A DNA stretch of 64,000 nt from Octopus bimaculoides (lineage: Eukaryota), in assembly GCF_001194135.2 (NCBI RefSeq), contig NC_068992.1:5356681-5420680 (forward strand). Direction: 5' to 3'. This document shows positions 28,330-39,927 of the stretch, piece by piece; position 1 is the stretch's first letter; each line of letters begins with the position of its first letter. Position numbers and translations under genes: made by a program. The notes below the pieces were generated by a model. That model made no database searches. It saw only the letters and a list, made by a program, of their open reading frames with translations, and was not told the DNA's origin.

Positions 28330-29032
28330 TCCCCGTACGTCTTTATATTATTGTACGGAATCCAATTTTCATCGCATGTTACAAAACGGTCGAGAAATGG
28401 CTCGGTGTGGTTATGGAGAAGCGACGAACAAATGTCATATCTTCACATTTTTTTTATTTTCGTTAAAATGGTGTGGTACCCCTTTGTCGAGCTTTTTTGA
28501 TTTTCCGATCGCATGCAATTTGTTGCAGTTAGTTCCCTGGCTAACTTGAAGTTCTTGTTGCCATTTTTCGAGTGGTTTTACGCTGACTTATCAGAATAAC
28601 GGTCTTTCATTGACCGTCATCGATGAAAAAATGGGCGTGCACTATACTCACAATGTTCAAGGTTCGGGTCTCCACTGCGAAATAGTTTAAACCATTTTCG
28701 AGCTGACCACTCGCTAGTCATTTCCTCACCAAAAGTTTCGTTCATATCGCAAGCAGTTTCAGCTGTTTTACGTCCTTTTTTGAAGTTGGATAGTAAAATT
28801 GCTCGAATATCGCGCTTTGAGAGTTCCGTATCAGATGATTGTAACAACGGTGAACAAAATATCAAAGGTAATTTATTGATGCATTTGGGCGAGTTTCTGT
28901 CTGTATTATTAGACAATTGCAAGAAAAATGTTTAAAGAAGCTTTAAACTCTTGTTAGCTTGTAACGTTGTTACAAAAATCCGGTACAAATTCTTCATGGT
29001 TCAAAACGTTACTTACTTTTTACTCAACCTGA
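28330..29032 (-). mobile_element. 3'-truncated mariner transposon (left TIR plus degenerate transposase up to the first catalytic Asp)
   Basis: TA (29033-29034) followed by TCAGGTTGAGTAAAAAGTAAGTAACG forms the terminus. The transposase relic starts at 28829 (ACG): ELSKRDIRAILLSNFKKGRKTAETACDMNETFGEEMTSEWSARKWFKLFRSGD. It continues KKLDKGVPHHF (WVPHEL-like) and PFLDRFVTCDENW. The HDNA and YSPDLAP regions are absent. Confidence 0.9.
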
Positions 29033-31909
29033 TACATACATGAATATAGTGAACAAGAACACGTAATGAGAATTGATAAATTAGTATGATTGCTATCTAG
29101 ACCTTCTCTCTGAATGTGAACCAGGATTTGTCTGCTGAATACATTTTTGTTCCCGTTAAATAAGCTCATTAAGGAATAATTTATGGTTAATCAAATCACT
29201 TTCTCCAGATTATTAACAGATCTGGTGTGAAATGTCAAGTACTTTATATAAACAAGCGCTGAAATTATTGACGAACACGAAGAACAGTACCACTACGTCG
29301 GCGTCGGCGGTGGCGGCTACAACGAAGATGAACATGACGACGACTTTGATGATAGTTGCTATGATGCTGATGACGATAATGGAAGTGATGTGGATCTTTT
29401 CAACGAAAACAACTTTGATGAAAGTTGCGTTAATCATACAAATGATGACAAAGTCATCCATGATTTCAACGTTGATGATAACCTCGAGTGACCGTAACGA
29501 TCATGATGGTGGTAAAGGCAACAAAGCTGGCCATAATACCGGTAATAATGTTGTTACAGATGCCGATGCTGATGATGATTATGATCTACTAAGTGCGTCA
29601 GGTGTAGAATACATGTTGTCCATTCTGTATTACAGAATATTTTCAGTAATCATATTTCATTGATCAAATCTTGTATGATTCAAATGTTTCTCAGAATTTT
29701 ATTTTGATAAACGTAAGAAGTACGGCGTATTCAAAAGTATGGTAAAGAAACACTGAGTGCTTTAGGTATATTCTAGTTATGCTAATGTTATTCGGTTGTA
29801 CCTATTTTAGTGGTTTGTTTATTCAATATAACTTTTAGAAAATATACGACTGCAAACTACTATCTCTTCAATTCTGACTATGTACCTCTGTATTCGACTT
29901 ATCTTGTTCAGCTTCAGATGGAGGTTAGCAAGAATATATTTGAAATTTCAAACTTGTCTAATCATTAGCTCGATGCTTCTCTATATGATATGAATGTAAT
30001 TTACTCAAGTAATGTTCTTACTCAAGTAAATTTATATCATTAAAATGGAGTCCAAAACTGTCTTTTCCCCCGTGATATAGTTTGAACAGTTTCTCTTCAT
30101 TTCCACATGCCTCTTGTTTTCTAATCTGTTCTTCCATCGTATTATTGTCTTTCACAAATGTTTCATCATATTTGCACATGTGTGCAAGAATACTACTCCA
30201 CAATTGGCAACGTTGCCAATTATGGTGTAGTCCAAGACACTATGGTATTTCTTTACACGGAATTCTACACTAGAATCAAATAACTTGGTGAATTGTTAGA
30301 ATAATACTATTGCTGAGACCGGCAGGCTGCAACGCGAATTCAGATTCAAGTAGTTGTATATGCCGACAAAATCTATACTTCTATAGTTCACATACAGAAA
30401 ATGATTGACAATCCAAGGGACGTCTCAAATAAACACATTTCAAGAAGGTAGAAAAACGATTTACATTATATTTAATGTTTTATTTCTTTCTACAGTAGTT
30501 CTGTATTACATTGTATAAAGTTTACAAACAAATATATTACTAGAGACGTTGAAGTTTATATTTTTATTAGCATCTCTGATTTGCTTGGAAATCAATTGAA
30601 CTGCAGAGCTACATGCATAGACATGTACAGACATAGGTTGTCAGCACAATGAAAAAAATAAGCCAATAACAGACGAAACTTCTTTATGTGGTAAAGATAT
30701 CAGACTAATATTTCTTAAATCAGATTCCACTGACATAATCAGAGAGAGCGAGAGAGACACATATATATATAAATGTTTGAGACAGATAGAATTTCAATGT
30801 CTGAATCACATGTAATATCAGGCGAAAGTTATCCCGTTATGACACCATCAACTAAAACTGGACAGATAGTGAGAGGGTTAAGCAAAAATAAAAGGAGATG
30901 ATAGTAGTATGTATACATATATAGGGTCAGTATGGCATGCATATCTACTAAATTACAATGCGGTGCTAATCAAGAAGCCAGTACAAAATTTGTTTGAAAT
31001 TGCATCGCTAATTCTCAGTGAATTGCAGATATTTCTAAATATATGTATAAAAGGGTCCGCTGCCATGGGCGGCATCTGCATTCCTAAATTACCCCTTCTC
31101 CTTTGATACATATAAAACGTCTAGCAAATTCTGTGCCCGTGTTCCTCACAAAGTGAAGTAATGCTCGGGCATGTTTGATGATATTGCTTCTAAAGTCATT
31201 CTCGACTGCACGAAATTGTCCAGCCAACAAGTGACGTGGTATTGCTCATCAACGCATCCTGACTTCCGGAACAAAGACGTAATTGTGGCTGTTGAAGCTG
31301 GTTAGTTGTTATTTAAGTAGATTACACATGTCTTGGAGAGCATGTGGATACTTTTTCTACCTTGCTTACACTATGACAAACTTTTTTTGCTTATTCCATA
31401 TTTGAGAAAGTTCCCCATACGTGTTGACTCAATATTCTCTGCAATGTTTCTTGGGATTAATCACGTCAAAAATTTATAAATGTGGAAAGCTTAGCAAAGA
31501 AAATGCTCTTCATTTGTCATATTAATATTAGTTGGTAGGTTAAAACTGCTGAGAAAGAAAAACTCGTTACTGCAAAAATGATTTAACTTATTTTTCATCA
31601 AATATCAATCTAAGATATTCACAACATTTTGTAATTTTCTTTAAATGGTAACACTTCTCAACATCACGAATAGATATAAAAAAAATGAAGAAAAAATATT
31701 TTTAACCGATCATTTTCTTGTGTGTACGTTGAATAAAAACTAGAAGTTAAGTTAAATTGATTAGACATGTTGGTAACATAATTATATATTTTACTGTAGG
31801 AGAGAAAATACTATTAATTTATTTTGTTACAAAATTAAATTTATGAGTGTTTTGCTTGTTTTCGTTTATTTTGCTCTATTTCAATTTCTAATACGTTTTC
31901 TTCTTGTAG

Positions 31910-31997
31910 AGAAATATTTCCTCAAAGAAACTGGTACAGGAAAACTACAACTCTAACACTTAATGAATGTGCTGAAATAAGTCGGAATAATTTTTGA
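31910..31997 (+). CDS. Candidate terminal coding exon of an unidentified gene
   Basis: Long pyrimidine tract, CTAAT branch-like motif about 17 nt upstream, and TTGTAG acceptor. It reads RNISSKKLVQENYNSNT* (stop 31961-31963) or EIFPQRNWYRKTTTLTLNECAEISRNNF* (stop 31995-31997). About 3.5 kb without recognisable repeats follows. Confidence 0.3.
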
Positions 31998-34900
31998 ATC
32001 TATTATTATATAATAACTCTTCGAAAACATTTTAAATATATCTTTTAAGAAATAAAATAATTTATTCAGAGTCCCGTAGATAAAAGCCGTACAACATATG
32101 GAATAACATGGTAATGCATTTTCACTTTGTAAGGAATCTTAAAAATGACAAAATATATATAATCTTACTGCATAATTTTGAGAAATTTGAATAGTCAAAT
32201 TTGATTGATAATCATATGTAGATTAATAATAATTCTAATATTTTACATATAATCAAAATCTTTAAAAGAATTCACTTGATATTAATTGTTTACAATCAAT
32301 GAGCACCAATTATATTCGAACATTAACGTAGCCGTTGTTTAATATTAAATTAATGTTCTTACTTTAACTTTCATATTTAATATTCTAAATCAGACAGACA
32401 AATATTTCTTGATAATGTGTTCGCACATTTATTTCATCAATATTGTTAACTAACAAAGACACAACTTTCCTCTTTACTTCTTTTCCTTTCATCTTGAACT
32501 CTTGCAGAGATTAGAAGTTATATAATATGAAAATTATTTCATGAAAGAAATATATTCAGTGACATTTGCAGTGTCAAAAGTACAAAAGATCAAAAGGAGA
32601 TTTAGTAATGCCATGATAACATAAAGTTTTGTATTTTTCTCATTCCTCAATGAATACTTTATGGATATTTTGTCTCATGTAGAAATCAATGAATGCCTTT
32701 GTAGAGTTATACTTTCAAATGTTAGGTCACTTCACTGTTTAAATCAGTATTTATTTATTCAAGTATTATTTCAGCAGCCAGATATATATCCCGGGATTAA
32801 GGTATTACAACAAAAACTGCTAAACTATCGTTATTTGCATATTTTTTTCCCAAGAGATATATGGTGGTTTCATATGACGACAAAGAAAAACTGACGCAGA
32901 TTATATAGTTTTATTCAACTATTATGTTAAATTTTCAGTGGTTATGTTTCCTGCTAGAATATTTGAAAAAGAGTAAATCTTATATGGATGAATAATCCAA
33001 GGGAACGTATACTTCTGGTCAATTTTAAATAGTAAAATTAAGAAATCATTGATAATCTTTACTTAATAATGCCCATTAATGCGTAAGCGCATTATTTTCA
33101 GTAACTCAGTAACATGTAGCGTTGCACAATCCTCATATGCTGTAAATTACCTTAATTACTACAATGAAGTTTATGATCGTAAATGATGTCTAATGAGTGT
33201 ATTTGCCACTTGGCAATTTCAAAATAGCAAGTGTCGTTGCGCATAGTCGCATGAATATGCTTATACATTCAAACTAATAAAATGAACTTGAAATTAAATA
33301 TTTCATCCAGCTTAATAACATATGTATACTTAGTCGTCAAATATGCAATACGAATGTCACGCTGGGTATGAAAGGAACCTCGAGAAGTGTTCCATGTGGG
33401 TTTACCATGTTCAAATTAACAACTTGTCTACCTCACTACACTCACTATAATAATACTTTTTAAAATAAAATATTGACCCTGAGGTACGTGACATTAACCG
33501 GTTTGTTGCTTGAAAGATGTACTCGCATATTTGGTCAATCAGGGTTTACTTGAAATTCCTAAAAAAACAGCCGTTATGCATCAAGATATTAAAGATCGAC
33601 ATTCACGAAATAATGAAACAAAATGTGAAGAAAACCTTATGTAAAAATAAAGCTATGTATAGAAGAATATAAAAGGCCATGAGGACGACGATGATACTGC
33701 ATCGGGAATACTTGTTTGTCTTCAACGGATTTCCCTGTATTGCAAGTATTCGAAGATAGTTTCCTACTTCTTCCCGGAAGTGTAAGCAGTTATGCAATGA
33801 GCTACGGATACTTTGTTCTCTTTTCACTAAAACTGCAAAGGCATTTATATTGGAATGAAGGAAAACTATGCTAAAATATGTTATACTTTAACATATTTGA
33901 CGCAATGAGGGAAAAAGTACACGGTGTTAGAAAATCAATTTAACCAGATATAAATAAACTTGCATCTATATCAGGTAGTAACATCATGTGAGAATATTAA
34001 ATATCAGGACATCACTCAAAGTACCATACTGGAGATACAAATCATAGCATAGTTACTGAAGTTGATTTACAAGTTATCAGAACAACACTAAATAAACCCA
34101 ACAGGTTTCCTCCGCTATGTAGTGAAATTCTTCCTTTATATAGTCCTCAAATGCATTTCATTATTGCTCACCTTATACATTTAATGGAGCAGTTAGTTTC
34201 AGAGCTCAATGAATTATTTTCAATAACCACTTAATATTTAACAAGATGTATATATGTCAGGTCATGTCTTGTATGTTATTTTCTCAGGAGTACGACTGAA
34301 TGATACTAGAAAATCCTTAGTTATGCTTGTACAGTTCATAGTATATCATATTAACTTTACGGTTAATAAGGCAAATGAATAAATTATGTTTTCCGTGAGA
34401 CATACTATTAAAGTGATTTACAGCAATATTTGCAGCAATAATTAATTCTGTTAGGAATTTACTTAATTCAGGTATGTTATCGTAAAACTGAATTTATTTC
34501 ATTATTAAAAACAAGCACAGCAAAGTAACATTATTTCAATGGCTTTTATATGGTTTTCCCACAAATGAAAGCAATATATTTCTTCTAACAATGCATTAAA
34601 TTACAGGAAATCTTATCTGCATTTGAGATTGTATAATCTGCAGCTCCGAACTATCCACCAATGGACAATTTGACGTTGCACATATACAATATAACGATCT
34701 GCTGCAAACCATATACTGCACATTGTGCTGATTATAATGTAAGCCATACGATGGTTTAATTAATCTCTTCTCTGTTCACTGTAATCAATTGGAATAATTC
34801 CTGTCTGCATTTATATCATTGGAGTGTTCTCTGCTTAGTCAAACTATTATTCAATCATAGATATTTTGTCTGTGGGATTAAACTAGAGTATGTTCTGTGT

Positions 34901-35780
34901 AGTATGGAAACATCTATAGGTTATATAATTACCCTGTCACCGAACATGAGGTGTGCCTAAAATGATTTTAGGAAATTAATCATATGCTTTATATATAATA
35001 TAGGTTTACCAGATTATGCAGTCTGCTATAAGATATACGATAAAGTGCTGCCTTATATATGTAATATAAGTTTATCTATTTGTTGTTTCGTTAAGGAAAT
35101 TAAGCTTACCTGTAAGCAACGTATTTTGGAAATGTTATTCTTTTGAAAATATGAGGACATGTTTACTTACGAAATTCATATTTAACACTTTAAGTAGTTT
35201 GCATAAAGAAATTACTTAAACTCTAAAAACTGGAAAGCAAATGTAACCATCAGAATGAGAGCAATATTATAAAAATTTGTTTTAAACATTTCACATTTAA
35301 CTCGGTAAAGAAAATTGCTATTTAGATAGTATTAACTAATTAATTTACTATAAGATAAATATGCAATCTATATTAGCTGAATATATAATTAAATAAATAT
35401 TAGATAAGAGTCATATCAATATAAAACCACAGTTTACAAGTGTTCAACGTGATTATTTACACAAAAATATATCAAATACATTAAAAGCAATTTTAATTCA
35501 ATTTCATTTTTAATAGCGAAGTTGAAATCACGAACACATCTTTCTTGCTGCACAAACATGTTTCGCTGTCTTTCAATATATACACAAACAAAAGTAGATA
35601 CATACACACACGCGTGTGCACACGCGCAGGTTTATTGGTATGTGCATGTATTCATTATGTGTTGATGTGTGTGCGTGTGTGTGTGTATATATATATTGAT
35701 AGATATCGATATATACATATATATTTACCGGTATATATGTAAACCTGTATACAAACACAACACACACATATATATGTATA

Positions 35781-35830
<50 letters not shown>

Positions 35831-37516
35831 AAATAAATAAAGAACGGGGTTCTGGTTGAAATCATTACGATTTGTTCCACCCTCCGAATTTTTCGAATGT
35901 TCTAGTCATGTAGTTTTACATAGGAAAGGCGAAATGAAATACCTGTCGCGCATTTTTTAATTCGAACCAAACAAATGCTACCATCACTGAGATAATGAAA
36001 GTTACAGCTTACATGCACTGGCGATAAAGCATGGAAGGATAGCAAAACTGAAACATCTGCAAAGTATGAAACCATTAGTAGCTAATAAATTAAACAAATC
36101 TCTCTCGGGCGGGAATAATTTTGTTGTCGATCTTAGCTTAAAATAATTGTAAAGTATATATACATATATATATATATATACATATATACTCACACACACA
36201 GACACATATATATGCACATACCCTCACTCATACACACATACATAATTTGGTTACGGGCGATAGTAGAAGTTTTTGTATAAAATATTATGTAGAACATCTA
36301 TCCTAACTTGGTCGTGGTCATAATGCATTAGACTGCTGTAAGCGTCTCGATAAATAATATCGTTTAGGCGATAAATGGAAAAAAATATCGAAATAATGTC
36401 TGTACACCTGCAAATGGTGTTTTACCGCATCGCGAAGGATTAGCGGCAGCAAATCAAGGAGAATACCAGATAAAAGATTAGTCAAACCAATATAGTACAA
36501 CATAGGCCAAACAGACACCGGTGGCGCAAAAAATCTGGCTGTGTACAGATTATATTTTAACCACATGACCAGTAAGCGATATAAAAAATACACACCCGTG
36601 TTATAAGGGATGTACTAATATCCAAAAGCTGTATCTGTAAGGTGGATATACATTTATGTATAACACTATTCAGAGTTAAATGCTAAGATATAACAGGGGA
36701 CACTTAACATTTCAACTAAAATTCGTCAATATAATTTTAAAAGTCATTGCTTTTATAAAAAGAAAAACTATGTATGTAACATACAGAGTTATAGTGAAAA
36801 CATTTGAGATCATTTAAAAATATTTCATTATCAAGAAACGCGGTTTGCCTAAATTGTTAACTGTTGATACTAGTTGATTCCTAGCATGGTAAACTAAGTT
36901 TAATAAAAAATACTCGAGTGCGTAAGTGCTTTCTTTCAAACAAAATTATTTTTGAATACGTATTAAATTAATTGGGACCATATTGATGTGGTTAGGCTAT
37001 ATTCACATGGAGCCGTCTATGCAATTAAATTCGCAGCTTCTGTTATGACTGTAATGTCCTTCATCTTGTGATCACTTTCACTATAATCTGTAGACCGTTA
37101 TCTCATATATCTTGCTCCATCATTTGAAAAAGTTTCGATGCCTAGTCTATTTTTGCAAATTTTGCTTAATATGTAGTTAGTATAAGGAAATTTATTTTAG
37201 CTAACTTATTAGCTAACGACGTGAGGCATTAACTTGAATTTAAATATTAACGTACAATAGAAACCAAATTCTTCAAATGATAAAACTATTTTCCTTACAT
37301 AAATGTAAAATCTTTATTTTGCGCCTCACATGGCACTATAAGTAGCATCTGCGTATCTACCTCAGAAAGACACTGAGAAGTAGGAAGCACTGCAGGTGAC
37401 ACGTGCAAATTGCGACTGATGATGTTTCTATGGTTCTTCATAATGTAATTCATATTCTGCAGCAAATAAAATGTTTGTCCCTCAAAAATAGTTAATAAAT
37501 TTATGTGTGTGTGTGT

Positions 37517-37547
<31 letters not shown>

Positions 37548-38680
37548 AGTGAGTGTGTGTGTGGTACATATATGTTTTCTTGGAAAGTGGGTGTGATATT
37601 ACCACTGAGGCGTTCATTCGTAGGTCAATATGGATAGGTATTTGAACCCCTACAGTGTATAGAACTCATTTCTTTGCATCAATTATTAATGTTACTGCGA
37701 AAACCGGGAATGTTATGAAATCAATCTTTATATCATTGTATGCATCCGATACTTTTGCATCTAGAGGAAGAGGTTATCGTAAAGATGTGCCGTTAGTAGA
37801 AATTAGTGTTCGCTTGTAACACAATAAAAGTACACGTTAGATTTGAGAAGAAAATGGTCACCTTCGACATCTAGCTACCTATAAATGTAAGCTGGTTTGT
37901 CTAATGTTCAAATATTGAACTAACATGATGTCTCTTGGAAAGCAACGATGATTTGTAATACTTAATATCCTCTGGTCAGGAAGTTCTCTTAATGTTTGAA
38001 CATTAAACATTCTCCGTTGTCAGCATTTAGCGTTAAATTGAGTTAAATTACCATGTTAGAATACCCATTTACTAAATTCAATGTAGACCAATGAAGACCA
38101 GCAATAAATACTCGATGGCTGAAAATATACGAATTGCTGCATGCAAACCGAAACATTCGATCATGTATATCAAAAACTGGCTGAAAATATACATACAGGT
38201 TCTCTCTCTTTCTCTTTCTCTCTCTCCCTCTCAGACACACATACTCTCTCATATATGGGTACAGGACGTCACAAACAGTAAACAACATGAAATACGGAAA
38301 CAAATGTGTTATATACGCAAACAATGAGAGTAACAAATGGGAAACAGAAAGAGTAACATAAAGAATGACCCTTCATCAGTTGTCGGCTGCCTATCTACTC
38401 CTCATTCCGAGCATTGAACGACGAGTCTTCGAAGGCAATTGCTCCCACAAATACCAAAATAAAATTTGGGATTTATGGAGGAACAATATTGGGAACACAA
38501 ACAGAACTGAGGAGACATACAAGGAAACCGAACCAATACAAAATATGCAGGGTCTTTAGACCAGAACGAAGGTAAAATATCAAATGCTGCAGAAATATTT
38601 TCTTTGGCGAGAGGAAGGATAGAAGAGAGAGATAGATAGGATAGGTCCAGGCGCTAGGGCAGCCCTGAAAGAAAAGAAAG

Positions 38681-39157
38681 ACAGACAGAATAAGCACTAA
38701 GCTTACAAACAACAAGTCCAGGGATCGATCTGTTAGACTAACGGCGGTGATCCAGCATGGCTGTGTGGTAAGTAGATTGCTTACCAACCACATGGTTTCG
38801 GGTTCAGTCCCATTGCGTGACACCTTGGGCAAGTGTGTTCTACTATAGCCTCGGGCCGACCAAAGCCTTGTTAGTGGATTTGGTAGACGGAAACTGAAAG
38901 AAGCCCGTCGTATATATGTATATGTATATACAAAAATGTGTGTGTGCTTGTGTGTCTGTGTCTGTCCCCTCAACATCGCTTGGCAACCGATGCTAGTATG
39001 TTTACATCTCCGTAACTTAGCGGTTCGGCATAAGAGAACGATAAAATAAGTTCTAGGCTTACAAAGAATAAGTCCTGGGGTCGATTTGCTCGACTAAAGA
39101 TGATGCTCCGGCGTGAAAGGCAGTCAAATGACTGAAACAAGTAAAAGAGTAAAAGAG
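38681..39157 (+). mobile_element. tRNA-derived SINE (38755-39157) preceded by a fused tail fragment of the same family (38681-38761)
   Basis: The head reads GGCTGTGTGGTAAG...GGGTTCAGTCCC, then CCTTGGGCAAGTG, an internal microsatellite, and a tail GGGGTCGATTTGCTCGACTAAAG...GACTGAAACAAGTAAAAGAGTAAAAGAG. The upstream 38681-38761 segment repeats that tail. Confidence 0.88.
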
Positions 39158-39477
39158 TATGTCACAATATATACACTTATTTCAACCACCTCTTCCAAAA
39201 GTTTAAAAGTGTTTTGCTCATGAAGAATTTCCAACAACACCTGGGAAAGAATATCCATAAGACGAAATTCACTTCAACCCAAAAAGATGGATACGAAATA
39301 ATATGCATACATTTGGGAAGAAGCAGAAATGCATCCTTAGTTGATGTTTCATAGTTGGGGAAAGCTTTATGAATGTATGTATACAAATGTATATTTGTAT
39401 ATGTGTGTGTTTGTGCATTTGTATTCTCGTATCTATTTTCATGTATGTTATTTTATTCTTTAATTTTTTTTTTCATT

Positions 39478-39927
39478 TTTTTCAGTCATCTGACAGCCGT
39501 TATGCTGGCGCACCATGTTGAAGGATTTTTGTTGAAGAAATCGCCCCCAGGCCTTACTTTTTAGTCTAGCACTTATTTTATCAGTCGCTTTTGCAGAACC
39601 GCTAAAGTTATGGAGACGTAAAAACACCAGCACGGGATGCGAAACGGTGATGTGGGGAGAAACAGCGAAGCGAAGAAAACCACACATAGATATACAAATC
39701 TATGCTATAATAGGAAACACTTGCCGAATATGCCACGCTGTGAGACTGAATCCGGGACCATGTGGTTGTGAAGAAAGCTTCTTACCACATGGCCACGCTG
39801 TGAGACTGAATCCGGGATCATGTGGCTGTGAACAAAAGTTCTTGCCACATGGCCATTCTCTGAGACTGAATCCGGGATCATGTGGCTGTGAAAAATGTTT
39901 CTTGCCACACAGCCACACAGTCACACC
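39478..39927 (-). mobile_element. SINE of the same family in opposite orientation, with a triplicated head
   Basis: The reverse complement aligns to 38755-39140 at roughly 70% identity (estimated by eye). Confidence 0.85.
39733..39912. repeat. Three tandem 60-bp units (SINE tRNA-like head)
   Basis: Units start at 39733, 39793 and 39853, each containing TGAGACTGAATCCGGGA(C/T)CATGTGG. Confidence 0.95.

Noticed and set aside
29232-29663. 143-aa ORF, and similar ORFs at 10539-10784, 15591-16142 and 17133-17505
   Set aside because: These are translations of triplet microsatellites or cryptic simple repeats.
30013-30232. Minus-strand ORF (…KYDETFVKDNNTMEEQIRKQ…) ending at a GA|GTAAGA donor
   Set aside because: The acceptor is poor, no homology is recognisable, and I found no frame-compatible partner exon.
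34600-37160. Two DRY-containing peptides suggestive of GPCR TM3 (about 34700 minus, about 37090 plus)
   Set aside because: Both are flanked by stops, with no other transmembrane motifs.
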